Shown here one piece after another: positions 13,124 to 27,255 of a DNA stretch of 64,000 bases; positions within the stretch are counted from its first letter, which is position 1, and every line of letters starts with the position of its first letter. The position numbers and the translations under genes are program-made. Where the stretch lies: assembly GCA_000165425.1 (NCBI GenBank), contig CT868054.1:62001-126000 (forward strand), written 5' to 3'. Under the pieces are notes generated by a model that saw nothing but the letters and a program-made list of their open reading frames with translations, had not been told where the DNA came from and did not search any database. The stretch comes from Paramecium tetraurelia (lineage: Eukaryota).

Positions 13124-14605
13124 ATGACTCTTTCTATAACCATTTCTCAGTAAATCAAGGCTTACAATTTGGCAGCGTGTCCAACCTTGCCTGAATTCTT
13201 GGAAACAGCTTACAAAACTCAGAAGTCTTTGAAAAAGAATGAGCAATTTCGCAAGCGTATTGAGGTTATTCAAGGGTTCGAATTCAACACAGCTTCAACT
13301 CAAATCGAAGAGAGCAATGATCACCAGTACATCGTTGCGGCAGGACTCTATGCTCCTTCGATAAAGATTTTCGAAACATCGCAATTATCAATGAAATGTA
13401 GTCGAGGCCTAGATTCAGAAATAGTAAAATTTTGCATATTGGGAGATGATTACAAAAAAATTGCAATGGTTTGCGAGGATCGTAATATTGAGTTGCATGC
13501 CCAATATGGAAAGCATTTCAAACTGAGAGTTCCAAAATAGCCAACCGATATGGTATTATTTATTAGTTCTATTTAGATTTACAACCCTTACAATTGCAAC
13601 TTGTTGGTGTCATCTTAGAATGAAGATATCACTCGGTTGAATCTAGAACTTGGATCATTTGTAGAATCTTATACTCTTTAATAAGAGACTGGTGTGAACT
13701 GCTTAAGTATGCATGACTAATTGCAATTGGGACTTGTGGGAGGCAATAAATAGCTAAGTATCATTGATTTTAGAAGTGATTAAATTGTTTAGCAATTGGG
13801 TGTGAGTGATGTCACTAGTATAGCCACTCAGAATCTTTAGGTAGCTTTGGGAACAGCGGAAGGATAAATTAAATTATTTGATTTACGAAAGCATATCCCA
13901 ATCCATGTCTATCAACATCAATATCGATTGCCTATCAAGAAGATAGTTATGAATGAGGATATGATTGTATCATGTGATGCAAAGATATTAAAATTTTGGC
14001 AGGGAAATCGTTTATTCACTAACATAGAACCGTAAAGTGAAATTAATTCTTTTACTTGGGTGAAGAATTCAGGAATGTTTTTATTGGCTTTGGAATAACC
14101 AAGGATGGGTATTTATTTCATCCCATAATTGAATGCTGCTCCTAAATGGTGTCCATTTTTGGACAATTTGACTGAAGAGATGGAGGAGGAAGAGCAATAA
14201 ACAGTGTATGATGAATATAAGTTTTTATCATATGAGGAATTGGAGAAATTGGATGCATTGCATTTATTGGAAACTGCCATGTTAAAGCCTTATTCGCATG
14301 GATATCTTATTCATTTGAAATTGTACTTGAAACTCAGATAGTAAAAGGGTCTCGACTTTGAAGATTACAAATAGAAGAGGATTTAATAAAATTATGAGAA
14401 ATAATTGGAGGCTGAGAGGGTCAGCAAAGGGTATGTGATACCTGAAGAGCCAGAAATGGAGTAGCCTGTAAAAAAGATTGATCCAAGATTTGAGAAGATG
14501 ATCAAGGATCATGATTACACAGTGGACAAGAAATCTGAGGCTTGGAAGAGAGCCCATCCTAGTGAAGTAAGAGTTAAGAAATAAATAAATAAAAACAAGA
14601 GATGA
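13124..14605 (+). CDS. NOL10: Nucleolar protein 10 / Enp2 (WD40)
   Basis: RIEVIQGFEF, GLYAPSIKIFETSQLSMKCSR, APKWCPFLDNLTEEMEE, VYDEYKFL. Confidence 0.9.
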
Positions 14606-14689
14606 ATTTTTGATGCAATTCTAACTTTTAGTTTGTTTATATAATTAATTAACATATGTATAAATTAATTAAATTTTTAAAATCGCGCC

Positions 14690-15793
14690 ATGATAATTGA
14701 AGAAGTGTAAGGCAATAAAAAGAATAAAAATATTCCTTGGATTGAGAAATACAGACCCTCCACATTGGATGAAGTGATTTCTCATGAGGAGATAGTAGCA
14801 ACAAGTAAGAAATTGAGCAAACTTAATCTTAGTTAAAAAGTTCAATGAAAAAAATCGATTACCAAATCTATTGCTCTATGGCCCTCCTGGGACAGGTAAG
14901 ACATCTACCATAATTGCATTGGCCAAATAGATCTATTAGAATAAGTATAATTAGATGGTCTTAGAGGTAATACAGTGTTGTTGATATGAATAGCTTAATG
15001 CATCAGATGAGAGGGGTATCAATACTGTGAGAGAGACCATCAAGGGGTTTGCAGAATCTCAGTCATTCACATTCACAAAGGATAAGAACACATCGATAAA
15101 ATTGGTGATTTTGGACGAAGCTGATGCCATGACAGCGGCAGCCTAATTTGCATTGCGTCGAAGTAATTATCAATTAAAATTATTCAAGTCATTGAAAAAT
15201 ATGCAAAGACCACAAGATTCTGCTTTATTTGCAATCACATATCTTAAATCATTCCAGCCATTCAAAGTAGATGCACGAGATTTAAGTTCAAATAAATTAG
15301 TTTAGACGTGGCTAGTTCAAGAATCAAATACATTTGTGAGAACGAGAGTATCCCATTGAATGAGTAGGCTATTAAGTCTGTGTTTGAATTGTGTTCAGGG
15401 GATATGAGAAGAGTTGTAAACATGTTGTAATCGTTGTCTTTGTCGACATCGAATTCAAATTTGGAAGTCATCAATTCTTAGTATGTCTATCAGTTTACGG
15501 GGATGGCACATCCTGATTTAATCAAATAGATTATGGAATATTTGATGAACCAATCTGAAATTCAGAAAACATACTTGAAAATAAAAACGATTTTGAATGA
15601 ACAAGGAATATCCCTTTAATTGTTGCTTACGGAATTGAGTACATAATTATTGGGATTAAATGTGTTGAATGACAAATAGAAATGTAATGTTATTGAGAGA
15701 ATGGCTGAACTTGAGTACCGACTTTCCATTTGTTGCAATGATTAGGTTTAATTACTTTCTTTGATTGGTATTTTCCATGAAGTTCTTTTGTGA
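14690..15793 (+). CDS. RFC5: Replication factor C small subunit (human RFC5 / yeast Rfc3 type)
   Basis: [51 protein letters not shown]; three small introns. Confidence 0.9.
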
Positions 15794-15833
15794 TACAAAT
15801 TTTATTTTAAATTAAAATAAATCCTATTTAAAT

Positions 15834-16499
15834 ATGGCAGAAGAACAAGTTGTCACTGTGAAATTTGCCAACTAACCAAAACTTTTCGGAAAGTGGGACT
15901 ACGATGAAGTCTTGGTGACAGACCCATGTTTCAAAGACTACATTGCAGTCCAAACTTCAAAGTCAAGAGTCTTCGTGCCACACACAGCTGGAAGGTACGG
16001 TTTCTGAATTATATCTATTAAGATATTAACGCAAGAAGTTTAGAAAGGCCTAATGTCCAATTGTGGAGAGATTGGCTGGTGCTCTTATGTTCCATGGTCG
16101 TAACACTGGTAAGAAGGTCAAGGCCGTGGCCATCATCAGACATGCCTTTGAAATTGTTCATTTGCTCACAGGCAAGAATCCTCTTGCAGTCTTGTCTTTG
16201 GCTGTTCAAAGAGGAGGAGCAAGAGAAGATTTCACCAAAGTTGGAACAGGCGGTGTTGCTAAACAATAGGCTGTTGATGTGGCTCCAATCAGAAGAGTCA
16301 ATGAAGTACTCAGACATAATAATTTAAGGCTGTTCACAATTTGGCCAAGGGAGTCAGAGATTCAGTCTTCAAGAAGATGAAGACCATTGCAGAAGCACTT
16401 GCTGATGAACTTATTGCAGCTGCCAATGAGGATGGACAAAAATCATACACAATCAAGAAGAGAGACGAACTTGAAAAAGTAGCAAAAACAAATCGTTGA
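15834..16499 (+). CDS. RPS5: 40S ribosomal protein S5 (uS7)
   Basis: [52 protein letters not shown]; introns 15995-16022 and ~16306-16328. Confidence 0.97.
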
Positions 16500-16613
16500 T
16501 TTATATTTAGTATAATATATAATTTATATTGAATATACAGGTTAATTGTAAATTAATTGTATGATAATAAGACGATTTATATATAGAACCATTAAGTTAG
16601 AAAAACATCAACT

Positions 16614-17966
16614 TCACATTCAATCAAGCATTTTTAGTTCCATTTCTGTACTATTTTGTGAAATAACATATTTTTGATTGTTAAAGTATTTTGAATCCCG
16701 ATAATATAACAAATAATTCATTGAAGCTCCCAAAAAGGTGATTAAAAGTAGAATGCCCAGCATGTTTGAATAAGAACTCTATGTTTCCTCTTAAACTACT
16801 TTCCCAATAAAAATAGAGGCAGAAGAAACTCCAAAGCTGACACTTGAATAAACTACTCCAAAGGCAGTTCCCGACAATTAATTCGAAACCACCATCTAAA
16901 TGCATGGCCACAAGGTTACAACATAAGCAGCAAAGAATATTCCATTCAATAATTGACTTATAGCTGGAATGATCAAGCAGGTAGTCTCACAACTTGGCAT
17001 GAGATAAACCATTGTAAAAACACTCAATTAGATCACACTTGTTATTTGTAATCCTTGCATTCTGTATCCATGTTTATCGACTAGATGACCTAAATAAGGA
17101 GCTATAAATATAGCCATGTAGCAAGGAAGTCCATAGAGAGTGGCTGCAGAATAAGATGATAAATGATACCTAAATATGAATAAATTTATTTTGTACATAG
17201 CTTTAAACATTTCTGCGTTGTTGTATGAGTATATGTTGTAACTTGTGTAACAGAAAATAGAACTCAAAGCAATAATGTAGAAGTCGATATTGAATTGAGT
17301 TAGTAAGGCGAATGAAAACTGTGGAATTGTCTCCTGTTTGGTTTCAACCGAATAGATCTTATCAATTGTAGTCACAGCATTAAGGCCGATAAAAGAAACT
17401 ACGCACAATATTAGACATGCCAAAAGAGCCGTTTCTAGACTGTAATTGTTCACTAAGTAGGGCAATAGAATCGTAGATGCAATAGTACCACCACAAATGA
17501 AAGCTGTGTCAATGCTTATTATAGGGTTATTGTTACCTATAAGCAAATGATGCCTCTTTAAACCATTTCGATAAAATTTTGTATATCCCTACATAGCAAC
17601 ATTCCAAAAATAAGCCCATAAAAAATCTGCCGATGAGCATTAGTGTGAAATTATTCAGTACAATTGACAAGTAACAAAGAACTAATATAAATTGTTTTCT
17701 TAACATGTTCCAAAAATTATGAAGAGCATAAATCCGAATAGCCCTCTTCTTGTTCCATATCTATCCAATAACATCCCTCCTACGAAAGGCATTACAATAT
17801 TGGGGAAGGATCTAAATGAAAACAGTAAGTTTATTTAGAATTGATCCACAATGAAATGATTCTTTATCTCAGTAGCCAATAAAGATGGGTAATCCACAAA
17901 GAATCGAAATGAGAATTAAGACAAGCTAGTTAGTAAGAGAATGACCCATTTAGTTGATGGTATCAT
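16614..17966 (-). CDS. Major facilitator superfamily transporter (MFSD1-like)
   Basis: Multiple hydrophobic helices; FSFRSFPNIVMPFVGGMLLDRYGTRR and PYLGHLVDKHGYR motif-A-like segments; 3' end approximate. Confidence 0.85.
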
Positions 17967-18460
17967 TTATTAATTAATTAGTTTTAATACTACATTTACA
18001 CAATGCCAAATTAGAATTGCGTTTTCCAACAAAATCATTTGCGACTTTCATCACATCATGAATTTTTTGGATTCCAAAAATCTCCATTCAATTCAAAACT
18101 CCCTTCAAATAAGACTATACACTATAATATGAAGTAAAAAGTAACTCATTTGCATAAAATTGAGTGCAATTGTACTCCTATTGCCATTCAGCTTAAGTAA
18201 ACATATATAGAGAGAATATTAAAATATACTAATATTTCGAAATAGCATAATTTTATCATTTTAATTTTTTTTATATTGATTTCAGAAATTTTATTCTCCC
18301 TACGGATTTCATTAAAACTATTCGACGGCTATCCGCCCGAAAAAGGAATTCCAAATGTATTGAATTCTAAAATTTAAATCTTCTATTATATATTACAGTT
18401 TGTGTTTAGGATGATTGCCATTCCCCCAATATTAAATAAATCGAAGATAAATTATATTAA

Positions 18461-19380
18461 ATGTTAAAAAGTTAATCAACAGAACTATTTGTCAGTCCTG
18501 AAGAATTATAAAGAATCACATTCTTTGCAACTCAGAATCAAAGGAACAGTCATAAACCAAACATCTCAACTGTGAAATAGGAAGAATACACCTTTAAGCC
18601 TTCAGTAAAAATACTATGATAATTATTCGTAGATCAATAAGAAATCTGCCAACATCCAAAGAACAGTCGATGATCTCTTAAGATGGAATGAAAGGAAATC
18701 ATAAAGATTGTAACAGTGCTATGAAGATGCTGTAAATGTGCATTTCCAATTAGAAAGACATAAGAATTGCAATAAAATGCCAACCGCTTAACACATGAAG
18801 TTGACACCAATTAGCCTAGTGTTTTCGAAAGATTGTATGTTGTAAGAAAAAGCAATGAAACCATTTAATGTAAATGTTCCCTTGCAATTCATTTATAAAT
18901 AGAAACCACTAAGCGAAATACATCTGACTCACATCCATACTTCACTAAGAATATGTCCAACACACTCTATTCTGAATACAAAAAACAAATGAGTGGCACC
19001 CCAGAATAATAAGAGAGCGAACATCAACAAGTCCTAGAATAAGAAGAGCCAACTCCTCAAAAAGCATGTCTGCCCAACAGATTCTATTTTGATCAATCAG
19101 AACATCAACAAAATACTGAACCTGAAGTATCATATTATATGCTATTCTAAAGCCTAAAGTCACTATACCATAGCATATGTTTGTAGATTTCAGATAACAA
19201 ATCAAATAGATCAACGAAGAACCTGAACCAGTTCCTTCCAAAAAGCCAATGAATAAGAAGGAGATAGATCTCATGGTAGAGAGGTAAAGTATACTTAATT
19301 CTCATAATTAGAATGAATAATTGGCTATCAAAAAGAAATTATAAGATCTAAGAACAATAGGATAGACAAATGCAGAATGA
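18461..19380 (+). CDS. Hypothetical Ser/Lys-rich protein with several introns
   Basis: Code-6 exons separated by GT..AG mini-introns; ends TGA ~19378-19380. Confidence 0.55.
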
Positions 19381-19563
19381 ATCCAACGAATGTACTTTCT
19401 ATCCAAAACTTAGCTGCACAAAGCAAACTAAGGCATAGCAATCAATTCAAAATTCTCAAAGAGTTTCATAATAATCCTCATATTCCAATTTATTCAGAAG
19501 CAAGAACAATTGATAATTTATCTATTTCATTATATATATATATAAGTATTGTAAATAATCTGT

Positions 19564-20597
19564 TCATTCAAGATTCTTAAATTTCTATTTTTTTAGTACA
19601 CAATCTATTTCCAATTATTACATCTTTAAATTTTCCTTTCTTAATTCATTAATAACCAATTTCTAAAATTACACTAATTTTTTCAATAGCAATCTTGTTA
19701 TGTCGATAAAAGGAATATAGCAATTCTGTTCACTTGTTGACATTTCTCACTTGACTTAGGATTTAATTGAAATACTTTTAAGTTGTGATAATCAAATACT
19801 CTTCCCAAAATTTCAATAACCTAACATTATTCATCTATATAGGAAATTAATTCTAATTCAGAGGATTTACTAAATTCTTTATGCTTTTGTTTCTCTCTCG
19901 CTTTATTTTTCTAAACTTAAAATATTTCTATCTTCTTCATTTTATACTGTCTTTCTACAAGAATGGTAATTTCATCTTTGATATTTATTATTGTTTGATG
20001 TTTATTATTATTATTAGATTTTGATTAGATATTTATTTAATCTAATCTAATAAATTATAGGCTAAATAGGTTTTTAATAGACTGTTTTTGATCTATCATT
20101 TGAAATATCTCAATCATGCAAATATCTATCCACTGGTACAAAATTTGAAGTTCTCATCATTTCTCTCATCTACTTTTCAGAATATAAATTATTACTAAAA
20201 ATACATCATCTGTTGTTAAAGCTTTGTACTTGATTAACTTATTAATTATTATTAACCTATAGTTTGCTTAGAAATTAACATCAATTTCTTCTATAAGTTC
20301 TTGTTCTTTTAATGGTAAATTTATCATTAATGTTATTTATTATTTTAATTTTCTTAGTCGACATTATCAAAGCAGAGGAATAATTCCTAATTATCATCAA
20401 TACAAATCTGGGGATCCACGATGATTTTGTAAAAACTCATATTGAATTGGATTCAAAAGATATTAAAATCTTCTACACAGGAATAATTGATCAATATCCT
20501 GCTTCTGCTGCTAGATTTGATCATTTGACTTTTCGCGATCAAAATCAATACTAGCTCTACGAACACGAAGTTCATCAATAGAAACACCAATTAACAT
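19564..20597 (-). CDS. Hypothetical protein
   Basis: Long code-6 ORF beginning MLIGVSIDELRVRRASIDF; Gln-rich centre; ends approximate. Confidence 0.55.
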
Positions 20598-21097
20598 GTT
20601 TTGATTCAGAATATAAAGACACTTAGATCGAAAATGGAATAAATAGTTATTAAAAAGTTTTATCAAAAAATGAGAATATGTATTGAGATTCTTCATATCT
20701 TAGTACTTTAGTCTTAGATAACTCATAAATTCCATGTAATGGTTTTATTTACGAATCAATTGAACCATGGATTACTGTGTTAATGCAATTTGGAATAACA
20801 AAAACATATTTTTATTTTAAAATATTCTGTAAAATTGATTAATTTAATTAGTAATCATAACAATTTTGTTCTCCTTTATCATACTTACTTCTGCAATCAT
20901 ACTGACTTGGTGGGAAATAAAGAAATTGGAATAGAAGATGAGAAGAAGATCATCGTTCCCAAGAATATTATAAAAATTATAAATCAAATGATTATTAATA
21001 TATTAAAAATACATAGCACAGTAACAAAAATCATTCTAAAATTGTGTTTAACTAATGACCCTAATTCACCATTACAACAAATAAATTAATTGAGATA

Positions 21098-23884
21098 ATG
21101 ATATACTTTCTAGACCCCATGAAAATGCTATAACTCAGAATCAGATTTTATGAATTAAATCGACTGCAATCCAATTTAGATTTATTTACTTTGAACTTTT
21201 AAGTCTAATCAAGAGGGTATGAATTTCGATTCTCAGTTTTAGTAATCTTTAAGAAATAGAAGAGAATGATCTTTGGAAATATATTCTTAAATCTATTCCA
21301 TATAAATTAAAAATCTCTTAAATTAGAGAATAGAATTATTCCATTCCAGTACCATTTGAACACAAGTTATCCACTGAGATAACCCTATATCCGATATTTC
21401 AGAAATCCCTTCTAGAAAAATTGCATCCCTCAAAACTAAACGATTAGGAATACCAACAAATGAAGAAACTAAAAATATTTGCAGATGAATACCTATGTTT
21501 AAGATCTATTATTGTGAATTCTAGTTCAAAATTAGAATTAACTATTATGTTGAATTCTCTGAGTGCTAGTTTAAAGTAGAAATACTCAGATGCAATTCAT
21601 TCTTTAATTTTGTACTATTTTATCAACTTTCACTTTGAATTTGAATTTATGCAATTATATATAGATAAGATGATTCATTTCAGAGAGAACTTGAAACATA
21701 AAAGAATTGCAATCATCGGATAAACTTGGAGGAATTACATACTCTATCAATACTGCAAGTAATTACACTTTCATGTAACTCTTTTCAGAAGTGTAGATGA
21801 ACCGAAATATTTCTATTCTCCCACTTATTTGCAAAATAAATTGTGTTTAAAAATATTTCCAAAGGAACAAATAGAATTCCGTGATTATAAACCTCATTAT
21901 GATTAATCGATGTTCCAAACTTTGGCCAACGTTTTAGAAAATCAGAATGAAGAATAAGCCTTCAAAATTATGAATTAAGAAGTAGCCTTGTTTTTAACAT
22001 AAAATGCACTAACTGAATTCACAACGGTGAAATAACTAAAATAGCATCTAATCAGTAATCACTTAAATTAACCAATCATATTTAATAATGAATTTCAATG
22101 GAAAGAATTTGTAAGAGATATAAAATCCATTAAATCAATTAAAGTTAAGAACAAAATACAAGTTAAATGTGATAGTAAAATATTTGAATTTGACTTTCTG
22201 GTTTTTGGAGATTCTAATCAGTTTGTAAATTCCTTAATATCTTCCCAAAGCATCATTAAGGATAATCCTTCATTTGACCCAGAATTTATTCTGAAAATCA
22301 AGCCCTTATTTTAGGGATTGAAAATGATGTATATTACTAAAGCGATCTGCAAATTCACAAGTACATTTTGGCCCTAAAATTATGTTAGATAAGTGATGTA
22401 TGATAATAGTTTGATGATTATCTATGATTTTTATTAAGATTCTCTACTCATCGAATTATAAAAGCCTTACAAGGAAGTAGTTAAGAAATTTGATTATCAT
22501 AAAAGAGAGATTATAAAAATCCTTCAAGAAACCTTCAAAGATGAAATTAATCGTGATAACACACGTTCTATTGAATTATTCCCTTGCGACTACTTCGTAT
22601 AAAGTGAATTTGAATTCAACAAGATCTTTAAAGAGTCCAACATCTATTTTAATCTACCAATTATACTCGGAAATGGCATCAACCTCCTAACTTAATCAAT
22701 TTAGAATGCTCAAATGATAATACAAGATATCTATTTAGACTCAGAGAACCCAGATTATTCTAAAGTGAAAGTGCAAGAAGAAAGTATCATTTAGGGCACA
22801 TTTGGATTGAATGTTAATTTAAGTGGCATAAAATTGCCTTACGAATTTAAGAAATACAATTATATATTGGATTAGGGGAACAGCAAAGGGATCCATTTTT
22901 AATGTTTGGTATTCTTCTAAAGTAAATTAACTGATGAATCGATTCACTATTTATTTACAATTATAGAGGACAATCTATCAAGAAAGATTTATGTTTTAGT
23001 TGCAGAGGATGATCAGAAAAATATTATTATGGAAAGATCACTCAATAAATTGTACTATTACTTATGTAATACAGACAATTAATAATAGGAGGAAATTAAT
23101 TTATACCATTATGTCAATCCAAGGTTTAAGTTTCCAAATATATACCCAGAGCTATTATTGTAAGGAACTATAGATAATTATGCAACGAATGAGATGATTC
23201 ACAAAATGGCAAAGTGTTGTATGGGTTCATTATTTATTGGTTTAGAACATCCATCAATAAAATTATTAAGCAGAGCTATGAAATACAAGCAAGCCAAATT
23301 CCCCTAATATTTTCTCAATCTAATTAACAAACCAATAATTGCTGGAAAATTTGAATTAAAGGTTCAATTTGATGGTGGTTTAAAGATCACGCGAAGGTAT
23401 TACATATTTGATGTTTTTAGATTCTTGAGTACTCAGAAAAATGAATACTAGGTTTATCATATAGATATAAACTAAAATTATGATATATTTATTACGGAAT
23501 TAGATATGATCGAAAAAAATGTGAAAGAAATATGGGATCACATGTATTATTGTTTTTTGGATAAATATAATATGTAATTTTAATACTCAATATGCAATTA
23601 GGAAATAGTTCTATTATGAGATGCTAGAATTCATTGAAGGAGAACAAAAGATAATAAATTAGTTTAAAGATTGGAATAAAATAATCCAGCCAACAGAATA
23701 ATAGAGAACCTTCTAACCGTAAAGAATGTAAATTGCATAGTCTGATCTATTATACTCTACAATGAAATAGGATGATACATTTGAAATTGTAAATGGAAAA
23801 TTATATTTTTGTTAAAATGGAAATCGTCTAATATCAAAAAGTAGAGATATAAGAAATAATGAATAGAATTTAATTAAATAATGA
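21098..23884 (+). CDS. Divergent LSD1/KDM1-like protein: SWIRM-like + degenerate flavin amine oxidase + unknown C-terminal region (start uncertain)
   Basis: EYLCLRSII...AIHSLILYYFINF; KRIAIIGQTW...KQLHFHVTLFRS; FEFDFLVF; SFDPEF...LKMMYITKAICKFTSTFWP; introns ~21217 and ~23397. Confidence 0.6.
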
Positions 23885-23945
23885 CATTGTGCCACCATTA
23901 TTGTATTATAATAAGAATCTTAAAAATCCAATAATATACTAGTCT

Positions 23946-25234
23946 TCATTAATATTCTCTTTCTTATAGACTCTTGTTAGAATGGTACTAAGAAGATAAT
24001 CATAAAATAATACCATTTCACTAATTGATTTTTATGATCCCATTGATTTTGTTTACTTTTACATCATTTTGCCTGCTTTATCGTATTGATCAATAAATTC
24101 TTAATTTTCATTTTCATCCTCTGTCTCTGGTTCGATTAACTACGTTATTAATAATACTCTAAACCTCAGAAATATGAATCCTTCTATCTATAAATTCTTC
24201 ATCCGGCAAGACTTCTTTAAAAATTCTCTTTCTATCTTCTAAATCCATTCCGTAGAGATTCTCTGCCTTAACGATATCTTCAGGAGGAACTTACACTCCG
24301 TCTAGATTTCTTAACCCAGGCAATTTATATAAGACTTGCCATCTATAATATCGTCTGTTTTATATTGGGTTGTAACAGAGATCAAGTACACTGAGGAAGA
24401 CTAGATTTTCCAAATACGATAATTCTTTGATTCTTGAGATTTTATTATTTGCCATTCTCAATTCTCTAACTGAGATTAGATCTATGATTCCATTCAAGCT
24501 CTTAATCTAGTTTTGAGAGAGTTCCAGTTTTCTCAATTTCGGTAATTAAGTCAAACCATCTAAGATTGTAATTTCATTCCCAAATAAATCCAATTCTGTC
24601 AAATTCATGCCATCTAAATTTTCAATATGATCGATGTGATTGTTAGCCAATTTCAAAACCTATAAGTACTTATTTTTTTGAACTCCTTCAATTTGTCTTA
24701 TCTTATTGTTAGAGAGATTCAAATAGCGAAGAAAACGATGACAGCTGAGATCTGGAATAACTTCAATCTCATTGTTACTGCAATCCACATCCATTATTTA
24801 CAATGGAATATGTCTGATTTATATATGTAATCAAATACTTTAAGTCTAATAATTTTGTCAATCTATTATTGCTCGCCTTTAATGTAATTATGTATTTTAA
24901 TCCATTCAATGGTTTGAGTGACTTAATAGAGTTATTGCTCACATCAACGTGCTGAAGATGCTTAAATTTCTCTATCCCCTAATCAGAATAGATATGTTTG
25001 TAATACATGTAGATTAGTTAAGTCTAAATTATTAGCCATGAAACTCAAATAAGCATAATGTTATCCTTCAGCAGTTTTACCATATGTGGTGAGTGCCTTC
25101 TTTAATACATCCTCTGATATAGGTTGCTTGGCTTCTTTTTGTTTTCCTGCCTGCTCTTAGGCAAAGGAAAAAGAGGAAAGGGATACCTAATAAAGCTTTT
25201 CCTTGTAAAAGGTGTCCTTAATTAAATGTGTCAT
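23946..25234 (-). CDS. SDS22-type leucine-rich repeat protein, LRGUK/LRRC23-like
   Basis: HLQHVDVSNNSIKSL, LRYLNLSNNKIRQIEG, LRKLELSQNQIKSLNG, LRR cap YNPIQNRRYYRWQVLYKLPGLRNLDG. Confidence 0.85.
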
Positions 25235-25414
25235 TTTATAATATTAATTAAAAATATAAGAAATAAAAAATTTACTTAAAATGATTACTCTCTGAATTGG
25301 TTGGAAGTAGAATGGTGTTGGATTTCACAATAAACCCTTGGGAAAAAAGGGCTAGAACAATTATTATAGAGCATTTTATTCATAAAATTTAATGTTTTAT
25401 AAACAAAATTGGTT

Positions 25415-27168
25415 TCATTCTATTCTTTCAGTTGTATATTTGCTAAGGTTCTTTTTGTATCTATCAGAATGAGAATATGCTCGTTATTAGGCAGTGTTAT
25501 TTGATTATGATTATGTGTTTAATGAAAATAAGGATTCTTAATTTTAAGTTTGGTTTTATTAAAATAAATTGGGTGTGTTTTGAACTGATTGGGCTGAGAA
25601 TAAATCTACTACACTTGATCTTTAATCATTATTTCCAAATAAATTTGTTGCTTGTTAATTGGGTTATTGAAATAATTGATTTTATGGCTGTGAAGCGAAT
25701 AAATTACTTGATGGCTACTACTAGAAGAATGATTGTGTTGAAGATTACTATTAAAATAATGGCTATTGCTAAAATAAATTTTATGTCGATGATTATTATT
25801 AAAAAAATGATTCGGATGATGGCTATTACTAAAACAATGGTTATTATGATTGCTATTGCTAAAATAAGGGTTATTACTAAAATTGATTAGTTTAACTAAA
25901 TAGATTAAAATTCTACTGAGGTTATTAATTATTTTAAAATAGATTGGGTTATTGATTGAATAAATTTTGGCTAGAGAAAACATTCTGCGATTATTATTGG
26001 TTTTAAAAAGGAAATAAGTTTTGTGTTTATTATTATTACATTGGATTCTAAAATTATATTGGCTGCATTATTGGTTGTTGCATTTAAGGCTATTATTAGA
26101 TCAACGGCTATTGAAATAAATTGAATGAAACTTGACTCTATTATTATTATGATATGGGATTATCAAGCCAAGGAGGAGTAAATAGTTGATTCTAAACGCT
26201 TTATGTGAAAGGGTTCACATCAGGAGCAATCTATACCTAATCTGATATCAAGGGGGTTATTTTTTATTCTACTTAAGGTTCAACTGCTTATGGTTACTTA
26301 TTTTCTACAACTTCATTTTTTTGAATTTCAGTTGTAGGATTTGTTGGGTACTCTTATGGTACCTATCGCTCTGGTAGTTTTTCTTATACATCATATTTTT
26401 AAACAGTTGGTTTTTTGGATGTTTAAATATCATCAGCATTTTGAGTTTCTTTTTTTCCAGATATTTGTTTTGGATCCTTATTCAACTCTTAAGGTGGGGG
26501 ATTAAGCTTTCTAAATTTTGGTTCTGACTTTTTATCAATAATAACGATAGAGTCTGATTCACTTTAATTGTCCTCCTCCTGAGCCTTTTATTTATTGGAT
26601 TTGAGAATATTTTCGACAGTTTGTTTTTCCTTCTCAAAGTTGTATTCTCCATATGAATCTGAATTTCTCAATGAAACCTATGATTTTTTGGCTGTTTATT
26701 TGGATTGACTTGGCTATGGATTTTCATCTTTGGTGTAAGAGGCATGGAAGAAAAAGCTTTTCCTGTCATCTTCAGGTTTGATGTTGATAATTTCTTGAGA
26801 GGATTCTTCCTTTTTCCATCTTGGTTTAGTCACTATGTTTTCATGAATCCTCTTCTTGAAATATAATAGTTCAATTGTACTTCTTCTTTATTAAATTTGT
26901 ATGAAATTATGGGACATTTCAATAGATCATTTGCTCGCAGCATGGTTAAGTTGTATTCTTTGAGTCTCTCTAAGGCGTATTTATAGGGGTTTAATTTATC
27001 TTCCTTCTTCTGAATAATAACAAATTTGTTTTTGAAAATTTAATCCGATGTACGCAATACCTGTTGCGGTTGGCTTTGTTTGGATACTTGAGAAGGCTAT
27101 TCATTCTAAGGATTGCTTTAAATGCCCAACAAGCTTTAAAGGCTTTTCCTCATTCTGTCAAGAGACAT
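25415..27168 (-). CDS. Hypothetical protein with Gln/Asn/Pro-rich low-complexity C-terminal region
   Basis: Code-6 ORF from MSLDRMRKSLQSLLGI; repeated QQFQQQP-type units ~25480-26100; 3' end approximate. Confidence 0.65.
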
Positions 27169-27255
27169 TGAAATCAAATTTTAAATTATTCATTTTTAAT
27201 ATAATTGTTGTCCGTATTATTATTTATTGAACTTTGATTTTTGTTAATATAAAAT

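Noticed and set aside
18300..18360. Small GC-richer patch (TTCGACGGCTATCCGCCCGAA) as tRNA/ncRNA
   Set aside because: Only a weak hairpin, with no cloverleaf or recognisable RNA-family motif.
20767..21101. Upstream ORF as first exons of the LSD1-like gene
   Set aside because: It ends at TGA 21099-21101 and no plausible mini-intron joins it to the downstream frame; left unresolved.
21098..23884. Degenerate UvrD/TRANK1-like helicase (FGDSNQ, SKGIHF resemblances)
   Set aside because: Only short chance matches; the ordered SWIRM and amine-oxidase motifs fit much better.
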